Shown in pieces: positions 35,275 to 51,131 of a stretch of DNA of 64,000 nucleotides (the first letter of the stretch is position 1; the number at the start of each line of letters is the position of its first letter). Below the pieces are notes generated by a model. It did not search any database. It saw only the letters and a program-made list of their open reading frames with translations, and was not told where the DNA came from. The stretch is from Schmidtea polychroa (taxonomy: Eukaryota): assembly GCA_044892525.1 (NCBI GenBank), contig CM097885.1:10976001-11040000 (forward strand). The letters run 5' to 3'. Position numbers and translations under genes: made by a program.

Positions 35275-36507
35275 TATTTATTTATTTATCATGAATTATT
35301 TCATTCGAACGAATTTTAAAATATAATCAAAGAAAAATGAAATTAATTTCTCCATTGTAAAATTTGTCTTAATATAATAATTATTTATATGGTTAAATCA
35401 ATAATTAAAAAAATGTATTATGATACTTTAATATAACATTTTAGTAATATAAAACTTCCTCTAAATATTTTGAAATGTAATTGAAGTTGCAAATAAAATT
35501 CACATTAAAATATTACAATACATTTTAATTAAAAAGATTTTAAAATAAGCTACAGCTACTATGGAAATAAAAAAGTCTGTGAAAACATATTTAAAATTAA
35601 TTATTTAAAATAAGAGAGATTTTTTAAAGATTTATATTTAAATTTTAATATTAATATTAGAGAAAAAACTATCAATTTAAACAATTATAATTAATAAAGT
35701 TATAATTGAAGATTTAGTAAATTATAATTAATTATTTTTCAAATTAAACTGTTTTCAAAAAAAATTTCAAAAAAATTTTAAAACACAATTTTAATTTTAA
35801 TAATAAATTAAAAAATAAAAAAAAATTTTTAATGTAATTTAATTTCTTTACAAATTTATATCCGTTTTTTCTTCCTCCTATGTAACTCTCGAATTTGCAA
35901 TATTTTCTTTTTCAATTGTTATTATATAATTTTTATAATTTATTGCCAATTCGGAAAGTTTTCTTTTCCTATCGATTTAAATTTTGAAGGGGTTGAAATC
36001 ATTTTCAATAAAGGTGACTAATTTTTATATTTTTATTATATTTTATATTATTATGTAAATTATTCATATAATTCAAAAATGGTAACACATAACGATTCTA
36101 TACCTTCGGTTTATTTATATTGCAATAATGATAATTCTTTCAATAAAACTAAAATGAAAAAGAAAGAAAAAGATGTCACCAATAATGGATAGCGAAACAT
36201 CCTAACAAGCTATTATTCAAAGTGTAATTTGAAACATTCAATGATCCTACTACGTATGTTGTTATCCTAGATTCCAGAGATGATGTACCATATACTAAGT
36301 TTATCAAATAAAAAAGATGCTAAAGTATCTTGACCAGGAAAATTTTGGAAAGTAAATATATGATAGTTTTTAAAAATGAAGGCCAGCGTGAATTTTTTAT
36401 AAAAATATATTATTTAAAACAATAACAATTAGTCAAGCTTATCTCGTATTGTAATAAATTAGAGATCTTTGAGAGCATTTATTTTATTTAAAAAATTATG
36501 ACATTAA

Positions 36508-36680
<173 letters not shown>

Positions 36681-38599
36681 TAACAATAATAATCATAACA
36701 ATAATAAAAAAATTTAACCCAAAATTTTTATAAGTTATTCAGCTAGTTCCATCAAAATGATAAATATTACATAATAAATCTTTTCGTAATTAAAACAAAA
36801 TAATAAAGACAACTAACTTTTACTTGGAAATTTTGCTCTGTTTCAGGTGGAATAGTGAATGAGTTACCGAAAGTAAAGAATTTATACCGTTCGGAATGGG
36901 GATTCCAGCCAATTAGAAATGATCTCTATTTGTTCATTTATGGCTTGTTTACATTAGTTTTTAAATAACTACTTAAAAAGCGGCTGCCGACGTGGAATTG
37001 AGGAATTAACGGACCAATACGGTGAAGCATCCTATCGTATTTCATGGATTTATTTACAAACGAATTGAAAATTATTTTTTGTTATAATTAATATTTTATG
37101 GGCTTCTCAGTCAAAGAAAACAAACTGCTGGCTGAATTTCGTTGAGGCATGCGTGCAATTCTGATTGGCTGTTTCATGGTGTACAAATGGCCTTTTATTC
37201 AGGTGCTGCTTTTGAAGGTCACATCAAAGGTTCTTTGGGAATTTTTACTTCCAACGATTTAAACAAATTAACACAAACATGTCAGGCTTGGGCAAACTTT
37301 GTGTTATAAAGGACCAGTTTATGAGTATGTTGAATGTAAATAAATGCGCAAAATATGGCGTTCAAAAAATATCTTATAACTAAATATATCTAATAGTTGA
37401 TATTTCGAGTATTGGAAGGTTACTTTTGACCCACAGGCCAAAGGTTGCCCGAACCTGATTGTTATGGTTTATTAGCTATGATTGTTTCAATTAATTGTCA
37501 GTACGTCATTAAATACAAATGTTTTCGGTATGCGTAAAATTTATAAAAATTGCATATTAATAGACATTTATTATCATAAAATTAAAGCGATTGTTGGATA
37601 GCAAAATAGTTCATTTATATCAGTTAAAAATTGCTATGTTTTGCTGTTAGAATCAGTCATTTACAAGAAGGATTGCAATGTAAGCACATCCAACAATATT
37701 ATCCATCGTGTGGACCTTATGGTCCACTAGCCTATTGTTAGGTTATTATTTTGCATGTTGGTTTTCTCTGACTCCTCGTGTTCTTATTTACACAAATAAT
37801 CGACACCCAGCACAGAATAACTTTATTAAACTTCAATCCCTATTACGATTCGTCACTAGATTTACATCTTTCTTTCCAATAAAATTGCATTCAATTACTT
37901 GTTTCTATTTGCTGATCGCTAACTGACGTATTCACTTTGTTTCTTTTTTGTTTCATCTACTAAATGGCGGCTCGTCTATTTTTTAGCTCTCTTTTTATAC
38001 TTTTTCTGAGAGGGCAATTATCTACAGAATTTAAGATTATTGCCAATAATTAGTGTTTAAGGAACCTTGAGTAAATATGTTTAGGGTTATCACATCATCC
38101 TAATTTGTTTACCCTGGATTAGCGCTCGGGAGAGTTCGCTTTTTTATCTAATCGGTTGGGTTTTAATGCGCTCCGGGCTTCCCATTACGGATTAATTAAC
38201 TTCAATTAATTTGTCAATTAAATATAACAAAATGTATTCATTCCTCATCAAATTATTTTTCTTCGAAATAATTTATAATTAATTTTTCTATTTGTACACG
38301 TTTTTAGATAAATACTAAAACTTTTAATATTATAAGAACTTTTTCCAAATTTCACACTGATTTCTTTTCAATTGACATTGTATTTATGATAAGGCTTGAC
38401 TATGAATCAGTAAATATATCGATGTTTTATCATTGTTTTCTTTTATCTCATCATTATTATTGAAATGAAGATGCCTTTTTTTCTAAATATATTTTATTAT
38501 TCGTAAATCAATGTCATCATCTTCTGACCAGTACATTTTTTTTGTGGTAAGGAATGATAGCACGTAAATATCAAAATACACAAGAATTTACGTATACAA

Positions 38600-39217
38600 C
38601 TAGGGTTGACAGAGTAATCATGTTAATTTTTTTGGTGTGCGTAGCGAATACTTTCTTCAGCTATTTTCTCAATCAGAGATTGGTCAAAGAAGGGTTCGAA
38701 AATTTCGTGAGAATCTAGATTTTAAAATTTCGTTTTCAAATTTGCTTTTAGCACCTCCTTTCTGTCACTATCACATAATGCCTTTGCATATTTTGCATCA
38801 TTTTTTATCCACATTAGATTGTGAACTACAAAGCTGTTTGTCGTGCGAGACTTTTTATTAGGAGGTGACATTTCTTCTGACAGTACTTCATTCTCGGTTT
38901 CTGTAGTGTACTGTAGTTCAACTTCACCTGTAATCTCTCTTGGTGACTCATGTTCTGCCAGTATATCGTATCAATATCCTCACAATCTGTCAACTCGTAA
39001 AGTCTGGGAGGTAGCTGGACAACATCGATTGGCTCGTCCTGCGATAAATCTTCAGAAAGAACTTCCTCTAAGTACTGTTAAAGTAGTTCCAAAGTAAGAA
39101 ATCTTCGCGAAGTCATAATACTGAGGTTAGCTAAAAATAAAATATTTTTTATTTTTAGAATATTCAAAAACAATTTTTAGTCTATCAGTCTGATGTTCCC
39201 ATTTGGGAACATATTTA
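38600..39217 (-). pseudogene. piggyBac transposase 5' remnant
   Basis: Minus-strand HEIFEPFFDQSLIEKIAEESIRYAHQKN, typical of the PGBD N-terminal region, after an acidic stretch. Palindromic ATGTTCCCA.TTGGGAACAT next to TTAA near 39214. Confidence 0.55.
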
Positions 39218-39655
39218 AAAAAGGCAAATTCAATAAGTACTGCAATCCATCGAATCACATTACTAGTTACAAGCTATTATTTAGATACTATTTCATATTA
39301 TTTTACAATAATTATAAAATACTTACATCGAAAATACCCCATCGCTCCTTCTCCCTATGGACCCGTTACTGCATTTATCACTTTTAAACTTGCAGAGTAT
39401 ACAGTAAAAAAATCAAATATTATTTTAATTAAAATATAGGCCCGTCGGGCGTAAGGGGAGATATTCTCGACCCTTCTGATTTCTGAAGCTGTTGAGTTGA
39501 TTCCTGTGAACGCTGTGCCAGGGTTCAAGCGTGAAACTTGTTATTTGAGAGAACATTGAGACATTGAATGAGGTTTGATATTGATGAGAATAGCTTCTAA
39601 GGACAATCGAAATTGGGATGTAGTAAGAATATAAAATATAAATACGATAATGCAT

Positions 39656-39783
<128 letters not shown>

Positions 39784-40646
39784 ATATTATCGATGAGTGA
39801 TATTGGTTGAAAGGTAGTTGTGATAGTAGTTAGAAGGTAGCAGTGGAGATGATTGAAATGTATTAGTAAGGGGGTTAAGTAAATTTTAATAATTAAATAG
39901 TGTAAGGACAAAAACAAATATAACGAGGCACTAAAATGAAAAAAAACGAAAAAACGCAGACAAAAACACAACAGGCTTGGATTGGATGATTTGTTTGAAT
40001 GATGTTTGGACAGTTTGCCATTCATATCTTGAATTGGTGCGTTGAGTTTGGATCATATAGGATTTCTGTTCAGTATGTTATTCCAAGTGAAAATTTCCAA
40101 GACAAAAACAAAAATAACGAGGCATAAAAGTGGAAAGAGACACAAAGACAAAAACACAAAAGGTTAGAGGGCGTATTGGTTGGATTGGTTGGATGATTTG
40201 TATGATTTGTTTGAATGATGTTTTGGGCTGTTTGTCAATCATATCTCGGAGGGTCTGTATTTGAATTGGTGCATTGAGTTTGGAACATTGAGGACTTCTT
40301 ATCAGAATGTGATTCTGAGTGTTGCCAAGTATTTGTTGTCAGCCATGTCAGGATTTGCGGATGAGTATGTTGAAATGAGGGTGTTTGAGGTTGACTCTGG
40401 GCGTCTGAGTGTAGGTTTTCAAACTTGTTGTTTGAGTAGAAGTGGTGCTTGGATGTTCGAGTGAGTATGGTTTGATGTTGGATAAAGTATGTGGATCAGA
40501 TGATAGAGCAGGCTGGTCCTTTCTAATAAATAAAATCGGTTGCCCGAAGAGTTGTATAAGTGCATGTTAATAATAAGATTATTCCTTTTCATATAAGATC
40601 CTAATTGAATCTTTAATACATTTTCCTTATAAATGAGATTATTATG

Positions 40647-40762
<116 letters not shown>

Positions 40763-40809
40763 TAATACTAAACGGGAAATTGAAAACAAAAAATAAATTT
40801 CTCATCATA

Positions 40810-41210
40810 TATATCGCCATTCGTACATCTTTCTCACTATATATTTCGATAGCGTCACTATCATCATCAGGTTACCTACATTCGCGACAGATGAATTCAC
40901 GACGGCGTGTTGAATGTTTTTAATTAAATTTTTGTATGTTGATGTATATTGAATAATAGTTATGTTAAATAATTAAAATAATAATTTTTAAATAATTTTA
41001 AAAGTTTAAATATTATTGATTATTGAAAATTATTTTAAAAAAAAAATTGTTAAAAACTTTTATTTATAATTTAAAATTTAAAGATTTTATAATTTGTTTA
41101 TATATTATCAATATAGTATAGTTATTCATCCGTCGGGAATGTAGGTAACCTGTTGATGATAGTGATGCTATCGAATTATATAGTGAAAAAGATGTACAGA
41201 TGGCGATTTC

Positions 41211-41212
<2 letters not shown>
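40810..41212. mobile_element. MITE with imperfect TIRs of about 85 bp
   Basis: ATCGCCAT..GTACATCTTT.TCACTATAT...CAGGTTACCTACATTC..GAC.GATGAA is mirrored at about 41125-41210. Confidence 0.75.
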
Positions 41213-41297
<85 letters not shown>

Positions 41298-41968
41298 CTG
41301 TTCCCAATTTGAGTCCGTTGGGAAGTCAACTTACCTATATTGATCAAATGACAAACTACTGATCCAATCATCTGAATCTGTCCTAAAATAGTCTACAAAA
41401 ATATTCATATGAAAAAGCTTTCCCTCTCATAAGCAATGGGCTGCAATTAGGCAATATTATAGTAGAAAGCTGTCTCCAATTTTAATCATAATATTAAAAC
41501 AAAATATAAATTTTATTATTAGTTTAAAAAAAAATACTTATTTTTTCAAAAGAATTTTCTACTCCAGAAAAAATCCCATTTCCTAAATATTAAAAATAAT
41601 GAAAAAATTTATATTAATAAATAAATAATTTTTATGATTTTGATTCCAATATTATTCCTCATAGACCTAGCGGGTCACTAATTTTACTGGGATGCAAATA
41701 ATTAAACTCAAAAGTAGTTTAGGTTTTAAGGGAAAATTAACCGTGACTGTTTGAAAATAGGGTCCAAATCTTTTAAATAACTTTTAATTTTCCAAATTAA
41801 TTTCACATTCCAGTAGTCGCACTTATTCTACGAAAATAGTCCTTATCCCTAAACCAGTACAAAGCTGAGGAGACCGGAAAAATTACAACTAGGATGGCTT
41901 AGTTTCGGCCTCTGACCGAAGCTCGTCCCGTATAAAGGACCCATCTGCCTCTTTGGAGCAGGTTTTTA

Positions 41969-42830
41969 TTAAATAAAATTTATTTTAAGTTGACGCCGAA
42001 ACAAGATTGAGAATGTGATTGCTGCAAGCCACATTGAATCCTGCGGGTTCATCTTTAGAAGTCGTACCTGAACACCGGAGGATTTTCCCTTCATGTTGCT
42101 GCCATTATCATAAGATTGATCTCTGCAATCCGTCATATCCAGTCCCAACTGAGTGAGCGTGTCAGGTATTTTCAGAAACCCCACAAAATACTCTTTAATC
42201 AAGGCCTTTTCCTTTTGAAGTTCCCCAAAACGAATGATCATGGTCATTTTCTCCTGATGGCTTATATCTGGCGTACAATAAATTATAATACTGTAGTTAT
42301 TTACAGCCTTCTCTTGATTTGTAATCTCTTTCAATATGCGGTCAGGAATGAGATTGATCAATTCATTTTGACTTTCATTTCAAAGATGGCCCCAGTATCA
42401 GCATTCTGAATGCGTTGCAAATGTTCTGCCATTATGGGATCAAACTTTACAAGTAATTGCACTTCGTCAAGAAAGTTTCCATTACTATGAACGTAGAGCC
42501 TATCGGAATACACACGAAAGGCCATATTCCCTGCTAAAACTGTACAACTGCTATAATGCGTTCTAACACGGTGCGATAATGAGCTGTCTTTTCCCACTAT
42601 AGATAGCGTCTGCTTGTCAAGAGTCGAACCGGTTTAAAGGCGTAATTCAAGTTCCTACTAGTTTCCCGTGTGCTCCTTGTGGTCCATTGACTTCTCATGC
42701 TTCTCTAAGGTTTTACTCAAGTATTGCCAACTGCAGAAACCTTGATATGTTAATTTCATTTTTATCTTACCAAACAACTTGCAGCAAAACAATATACCCT
42801 ATTCATGATTCCGGAACGACATTTTAGAAC
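41969..42830 (-). pseudogene. hAT (ZMYM1/DUF4371-like) transposase fragment
   Basis: NMAFR...NGNFL..V.LL.KFDP, TPDISHQE and QSYDNGSNMKG..SGVQ motifs; broken frames. Confidence 0.75.
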
Positions 42831-45800
42831 TGCAACAGTAACAATAAATAAAATATTTTAATTTGGATCCGTTCAAAACAGTACTCTTTTTGTTATAATC
42901 TTGTAACAAAGGTTTAGTTCACCAACAAATCTGAATTCAAATTGCAATTAACACATTTTTTACAAATAATAAATAATAATAAAATAATAATAAATAACAA
43001 AAAATTATAAAAAAAATATGACGTCAATCTTTATCTATGAGTCATATACTCGCACTTTGCTACGTCATAATTATAGTAAGTAAGAAACCCGTTACATCGC
43101 CAAGAGATCAACTCAATTGATTATAATACAGTGTGCCTAAAAACTACACCTAACTGCGAAATATAACATTATCTATAATCTAAAAAAAAAACAATAAATA
43201 TATATTGTAGGAACACACAAACTTACCTGTGTGTAAAAATTTAATGCTGCGAAATTTAACATATTTATTATAGGAATCTAAAAAGTGAGAGAAAATAATT
43301 AAGCATACAAGCACAGCACACATAATGAAAAATACATACAAAATTAAGTAAAGTGTTTTTATGCGAAATTAACATTGATTAACATATAATTAACATATCA
43401 ATATTTTCGAATTATTTAAAAAGTTATGTACAAAAAAACGTTTGAATCAGATTCTGACTGCTCTACCTTGAGCTTTAGGGAAAAAAAGAAAATACATCGT
43501 AAGATTTAATTATAAAATAATTTAGAATATAAAATTTCTTTAGATTTACAGATATTGAAGAAGGTCCTTCGACATCTTTGAATTTGCACGAAAAGATTCG
43601 CAAATCGTAAATTTTAATAAATTATTTTAACAAATTAATATTTTCATAGAATTACAGAAATAGACAAAATTCGAAAGAAGATTACAAAAACTTTAAAAAT
43701 ATTTTATCCATTCTTTACTAAATGTCTTTAAAAAATAAATGTTTCGTGATTACTTTACTTATTTATAATTATAAAAATATCTAACTTACATTTTTACGAA
43801 ATAAATCCAAATAAATCCAAATAAAATACCATAAAATTCCTAAAAAACACCTGAAATTTAATTAATAAATGCTGACTAACAGTAATATTTAAGAACTTGA
43901 ATAATGATCTCATAATTATATAAAATCAAAATTCAAGTCCTAAAAATTACTTCAATTCAAAAACTTACCTTAAAACGATTTTTGAAAAATTGAAAAAATG
44001 AAATTAATTTAACATTGTCATATAATTGGTTACTCACCTCAGGTGGTGTGCACACCAACGTATATTATAGACAATGTTAACTTTCGCAGTTAGGTGTATT
44101 TTATACAATAAATACACGGAATAGACGGAGTTACACAATATTTAGTACAACTTTAACACAATTAAGCTATGCGTTACTAAGATTTATTTATTTCTTCATT
44201 TTAATTATATTTTGGTACATATTTAACTTTTTACATTAAAATACTTTCTATCAAAACCGGGGGCATTTAAATAGCGACGGCCTTGGCTACAATTTATAGA
44301 AGAGAGACAAAATATTCTATCGAGAAAAAACGACAATAAACTAGTTGGTTGTATAATCAAATATTAGTGATCGAGCTAAAAGAAATTTGTTAACTACATC
44401 AAAACAGAAATCAGAGCCACGAAAATCAATTTTGATTTGGCTTCCTGCTGGAAATTTATATTGGAGTAAACGAATAGACCAATTATCTTTTGAGGAATCT
44501 CTTATTCAATTGGAAATATTTAGATTATCATTGTGTTACGCCTATTTCTTTAGCTTACTAACATAACGACGTATCAGTAATTAATTTTTGATACTGTTTT
44601 ACTTTAAGCATCAACTTAGTGTAGGGAATATTTGGTAATGCATTGACCAAATTCTGGGTCGATATTATCGCGCTTAAGCTATTTTGTAAGCTCACTCCTC
44701 TTTTACCTTATGTTGTTGGTGCAAATTAGGACCAGCCTTGATTTCTTTGTAATAAGTCTTTAGGACGGTTCGAATAACCGATTTTCTTTCCTTTAGAAAG
44801 CAACTAAAGTTTAGTTACCATTTTAGTTAATTGTACAATTTGAATTTATAATTAATAAAGTTTTTAAAACATATCGTTTATTTATTTATTTAACGACCTA
44901 ATCTAAATTGTCTTAGTCGTATCCCACTATACGAACCTAACATAGCTATCGGTTGATAGTGCAGTGGAGTTCCTTAAGAATTTTCTACGTGAAATAAAAG
45001 AACCGTAATAGTGCTGCTTTTTATTGAGCTCAACATCTAGAACTGTGCACCAGATTTCGTTATCGGAACGTTCAACACGAAAAAGATAAAACAATCTTAA
45101 AATCATAAAACTATAAATATGAAAAATGCGTATTTCGTAGATCTTCATTTAGTTAGAAATAGAACTTATAAAAGACAATGCCGAAAATAAATGTTTCATA
45201 GAAAGTATTGGTCTATAATCCTAAACGAAATAAAGATAAATGAAAATGAGAAAATAGTGGTTTAAGATTAATCAAAAAATGAATGATTTTACAGAAATAG
45301 TGTATACTAAATTGTATGACTGGATGCTGCACATTAATTGTCTCAGTGTCAAAGGTTACCCAGCCAAACCTCTATATTACAAAGTGGAAGGGACCATAAA
45401 ATTATTTCGTTAATTTCATTGTTTACTTGGCATCTTCATAGTGGGTTATTTGAATATTTATCAGGGTTGTTTTTGGTTTCGGTCAGTGCCTTTTGAGTCA
45501 CATTGATCATTTTAGGTTTTCCTCTTCTATTCCAAACGGTGTTCTGATGCTGCATTCTTGGTTTGGCTTGTTTGTTTATTTATCACAGTTTTATTTTATT
45601 TATTATTTTCTTATATAGTGGATTTAAGTAAGACGTTAAGACAATAAAAATATAAAAAGATAAAAAAAGCCATCACAATGCATAAAAAACCTATAAAAGA
45701 AGCCCAGGCAAGGCCAAGAAAAACAAGGCCATTACAAGGCATGTTAAACAGCCATAAAGGCAACAATAAGCAGTCATTTATAGAGTTCCAATATAAAAAT

Positions 45801-45911
45801 AAGTACGTTTGTTTTAGCTTTTAAGTAAACATTAACGATAAACCAATATAAACTTTGAATTTAAGGGCTACAATACCGACAGGGGCCTCCAAAAGTCACG
45901 CGACGCCTAAG

Positions 45912-46065
<154 letters not shown>

Positions 46066-46848
46066 TAAGAACTTTTATTTCTTCCAATTTCACCACTGAT
46101 TATTTTTTCCATTGAATTTATTGAAAAGAGAGCTTGAATACTATAAATCAGTAATATATCGATGTTTGTTGATACTCACGAATTTTCGGCACTGCCTTTT
46201 TCAAGTGGATATATACAATAAAATTATTAAAAATATACCTAGTTTTATTATTCTATAATTAGTAATATTAAATTACTATAAATACTTATTATTTATTTAA
46301 TTACAACAATGATAGTAAATTAATTATTTTATACTATAATATATTCTCATTCACACCCCTCGAACCTTATCAAGTACTAGATCATATTTCACTGAATTCA
46401 TTGTTACTGCGGCATCCCTGTGAGTAGAAGTAGTGAGGATATTGTATTTGATAGTTTTGAAATATTATTATTATTATTTATTTTTATTATTATTTATGTA
46501 TGTATTATTATTATTTATTAAATATTCCTGTTTTGCTCGATTGAAAGGTTTGATCTTTTGTTTAAATAAATAACATGCGAAATATGATCTCTAGGAAGAA
46601 ATAAAATTCAAACTTAATTTATTTTTGACACTGGTAGAAACGGCTTGTCTCATTTTATATCTTCTTTACAGACAAAAGTGACGTAAATTATTGGGTTATC
46701 TTATTATAATTCCAATAACCAAAATGATTTTGCTTTTATGAATTTTATGTACAATTTCTATAATGGGAAAGTTTTTAATCTGTTTTTTCATTGTTTTATT
46801 AAATTCTATTCCTATTAATCATTGGGTTTAAATGTTTTTTTTGTCATA

Positions 46849-46928
<80 letters not shown>

Positions 46929-49029
46929 GTAGTGAGCAATTTCATTTTACAAAATAAATAAAATTTAAAAAGAAAATAATTCAGAATAGTGGATTTGGGA
47001 ATGTGATCTGAAGGTCTTAAAAGGTTGAAAAATGAAGGATTGAAACCAACATGAAAGGATATTTGAAATAACTGTACAACCAGTTTGCGGTGATTTCATT
47101 ACTAATCATAAAACATTTTAATTTTTTTTATTTTTGAAGTGACATTAACGGAAAAAGAGTAAAAATATTGCCTTAATTGGTTTAAAAGGTTGACACCTAG
47201 GTCCCCTTTGGATTACCTAACAAAAAATGTCCCTACATGAGAACTATTGAATAATTAATTTACAGGATGACTGATAAATTCTCGGCATTATTGAATTGCG
47301 CTAAACTCACATCTCAATAAAATACTTACATAATATTTTAAAATTTTGAATCCTTTTAAAACTATACTTTATCAACATTTTTCATCATTTTCTTGCAAAT
47401 AAATTAAAATTTTATTTTCTTATAACAAACCTTCCTATAAGACGGTGTAGTGAGTGAGCCGTTTGATGGTATCATCGAGATCTACATAAATCTTATATGG
47501 TTTACTGGGAATCAATATGATCTCAATGGGCCTCAATGAATCCAGTAAGGCTCCAAATTTATCTTCACTATATAATTATATAAAAAGTCAATATAATAAA
47601 AATTCATAAAATTATAAAGAAGCATTCATAGATTTCTTAAATTTGCGAAAAACAACAGTTTCTGATTCAAAAAAAGTCAAACGTTATAATTCTCAATTAC
47701 AACTTATAAAAGCACTATTTCCTCTATCAAAATATGACGCTATTGCTGTTACATGGTTTTAGAAAGAATCAAAAGTTTTAAAGTTGTAAATAGTTTTAAA
47801 GTTGCATGTACACATCTTCAAATAAAAAGAATTAAAAAGAAAAGAAGTAACCAAAACACATGTTATATAAGACAAAAGTTCACCAATAATTAATGTTTCA
47901 GCCGATTGTGTTTGTTTGATCATTTGTGTGCGTGTATACACCTAATTCCGAAATTTAGTAACCTCTATAATCTTTAGAAAAATCAATAAATTTATAGTAT
48001 AGGAGCACACAAACTTACCTGTGTGTAAAAATTTATTGTTCCGAAATTTAATAACTTTATAACTTTAGTGAATACAGAGAAGATAAAATAGATATGAAGT
48101 ATGATATGAAACATACTTTTAGTGATTCAATCATTGACTCGTTGAATGAAAATAATATCAATCGGAATTCGCTGAGAAATAGAGAAGCGGTCGGCGAATT
48201 GGTTCGAATCTCAGTGGACAAGTTCAATCTAGTGAACACAAATCTAAGAATTTAATGAACTTTAAATGCATTTACATTCCAGTTGAAGATATAACTGGAA
48301 CAATTGCAATGAAATTTAAAATAAACACAGATCAAAAGTTAAAAAATATAAATGATTTTTCTTTATAGTGATTATTTTATCGGACCTCACTGATTGTCAG
48401 TGCATTTATTGAGAATCTTCTGGCATTGGTAAAGAAATAATAAAATATTAAAATTGAACTAAATTACATTAAAATGTGATATAAATTTGACAGATTACGT
48501 TGGCTGAGAATAAAATTTGGGAATAAAAAAACTAAATAATAACCAAACTTGCAAATATAGTCGAATATTCAAGCCGGCGTGAAAATTTAGGGGGAAAGGC
48601 GGCCATACTACTTATTAATATCGACAAGTTAAGTGATAACTCAATTAGATCAGGAAGCAATTAGAACTCAAGAAGATTTACTGATTAATTTTCCTCAAAG
48701 GAAAAATATTTGTGAAGATTATAATTTTTTTCATCCTCTAGTTGTTTACATTTTGCTAAAAAAACGATTGCAAACATTTGTTGTTTATCGATAAAAGTTT
48801 TCCGTAAAATTTCCCATCTCATCAGTTATAAGGATCTACCTGGGGATTTAATTAGTGACAGCGCCTAATTTGTTGCCACCAAAAACTTGTTGGTAATTAT
48901 ACAAGTATAGTACTTTATGATCCCTACCCATCTCAAGTCCTGACGGGTTAATTAGTAATGAAAATCTACTTCCGATTAATTTTTATTACAAATAAAATTT
49001 CAAAATAATTTATTTAAAGTAATAATAAC

Positions 49030-49168
<139 letters not shown>

Positions 49169-49400
49169 TTAATATTAATATTATAAGAACAGTTTTCAAA
49201 TTTCACCACTGATTTCTTTTCAACTGACATTGTATTTATTAAAAAGCTTGACTGTGAATCAGTAAATATATCGATGATTTTTTTGATACTCACAAAAATT
49301 GTCATCGAAGTCACTTGAAAAAGACAGTGTCGAAAATTTATGAATATCAATAAAATATCGATAAATTTTCTGATTCATAGTCAAGATTTTTAATAAATAC

Positions 49401-49571
<171 letters not shown>

Positions 49572-49853
49572 AAGAAGAAGAAGAAGAAGAAAAGTTTTCA
49601 TATTTAAGCCATTAATCAAATTTTATTAATTCATATACACATTAAATATAATTAATAATTAAATAAATATATAAATATTCCTCCAATAATACTACCATAG
49701 TAAATACAATTAGATTTAAATTTGTTAGAAGATGGGCGAACATTAAAGATTCATTGATTTAAGTGATTCATTGACTTATTTTTTTTGTGATACTAAATTG
49801 TAATTATATTTATTGGTTCATGGTGACATTATAATATACATGAACTTTATATT

Positions 49854-50085
49854 TATGAGGAAGTTTTATGATGAAGAAATTTTTAAATTGAAAATTTTAA
49901 AAATTAAATTATAGATTAATTTTTAAAAAAGAAATAAGAAGATATTTTAATTAAAAATATTTTTGTAGAAAATTTGTTTAAATAAGAAAGTTTAAAGAAG
50001 ATATAATTTGATACTGATATTTACTGAAATAAAATTATGGAAACAAAAACTGATTTTAATGTTTTACAGGATGAACCTCCTAATA
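49854..50085 (+). repeat. 5' LTR (232 bp, TA...TA ends)
   Basis: TATGAGGAAGTT...AACCTCCTAATA, direct repeat of 54191-54423. Confidence 0.9.
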
Positions 50086-51131
50086 TGGTGGCAGCGGTAA
50101 ACACTGACGCAATCACCGAAAGATTGCTACCAAAGGTATTCTGCCAAGGTGACGACTTGGAAAAGTTCATTAAAAGATGCGAAATTTATTTCGACGCCAA
50201 GGGAATCACGCAGAAGAAAGATCAGGAAAGATTAACATCTTGCATGATTGATGAGGATCTCCTGGAAGTGTACGCCAAAACACTGAAAAAAGCCGAAGGA
50301 TTTCAGGCTAGGTTGCGATTGGCATTCGATCGCGAAAGAGATGTTTTAAAGGATCTACAAAACTTGTTGAATTACAAGCGGAAGGGTGAAGAAATAGAAA
50401 CGTATTTTAAAAAGGCGGAGGACCTTGTTGATAGGTTGTTTGAAAATAAAGAATTTACCAAAGAGAAATTAACAGCAAGGGTGTTAATAGTATGTGCGGA
50501 GAATAAAGAAGTTGAGAAAGAAGTGATACTACGGAAGATAAAAAGCACAGAAGAAATAAAGGAAACACTAACTCTGATGGACAAAGTAGACAAGCAAAGA
50601 GATCAGATAAACAGTATGAAAAGTTACGCCAGAGTGGTCTATCAGGAACCACAGGGAAGAGTACAATACAAGAAGAAAGAACAGAGAGAAGAAAGTATCC
50701 GAAGAGAAATGCCAGAATGCTGGTTATGCCACAAAATAGGACAAACGAAAATTGATTGTCCAATAAAAGGTAAAATAGAATGCTGGACATGTCATAGAAG
50801 CGGACATATAAGTAGAAACTGTCCAGATAAAAAAGCTCCAAGATGTTTTGGGTGTGGGAAAGAAGGTCATATAAGAAGATTGTGTCAGGAAATACGTTGT
50901 GAAAGATGTAGCAGAAATGGTCATAGATCCGAGGAGTGTTATACAAAGATGAGGTACGGGAGAGCGACGGAGAGACAAAGATTCACGGGAAACAGATACA
51001 GTCGGATAAATTGTATCGAGGAAGAAGAAGAAAGGGAATCGTGTGTAGAGACAAATGAAAATAATTTTAGGAAGACGTACCCAAACAACAGGGATCCACC
51101 AGTAGAGGAGTTGGTTGGAGCCATATTCTAA
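50037..51131 (+). CDS. gag: Gag with four CCHC zinc knuckles (first one degenerate)
   Basis: CWLC...QTKIDC, CWTC...HISRNC, CFGC...HIRRLC and CERC...HRSEEC. The start is either ATG 50037 inside the LTR or ATG 50085 overlapping the PBS. Confidence 0.88.
   Translation: METKTDFNVLQDEPPNMVAAVNTDAITERLLPKVFCQGDDLEKFIKRCEIYFDAKGITQKKDQERLTSCMIDEDLLEVYAKTLKKAEGFQARLRLAFDRERDVLKDLQNLLNYKRKGEEIETYFKKAEDLVDRLFENKEFTKEKLTARVLIVCAENKEVEKEVILRKIKSTEEIKETLTLMDKVDKQRDQINSMKSYARVVYQEPQGRVQYKKKEQREESIRREMPECWLCHKIGQTKIDCPIKGKIECWTCHRSGHISRNCPDKKAPRCFGCGKEGHIRRLCQEIRCERCSRNGHRSEECYTKMRYGRATERQRFTGNRYSRINCIEEEEERESCVETNENNFRKTYPNNRDPPVEELVGAIF
50086..50098 (+). promoter_or_regulatory. Primer-binding site, tRNA-Leu-like
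   Basis: TGGTGGCAGCGGT directly after the LTR, complementary to the ...ACCGCUGCCACCA 3' end of tRNA-Leu(AAG)-type tRNAs. Confidence 0.75.

Noticed and set aside
37283..37457. hAT-like MITE (CAGGCTTGGGCAA...TTGCCCGAACCTG)
   Set aside because: The TIRs are imperfect and no TSD is recognisable; plausible but not supported well enough to list.
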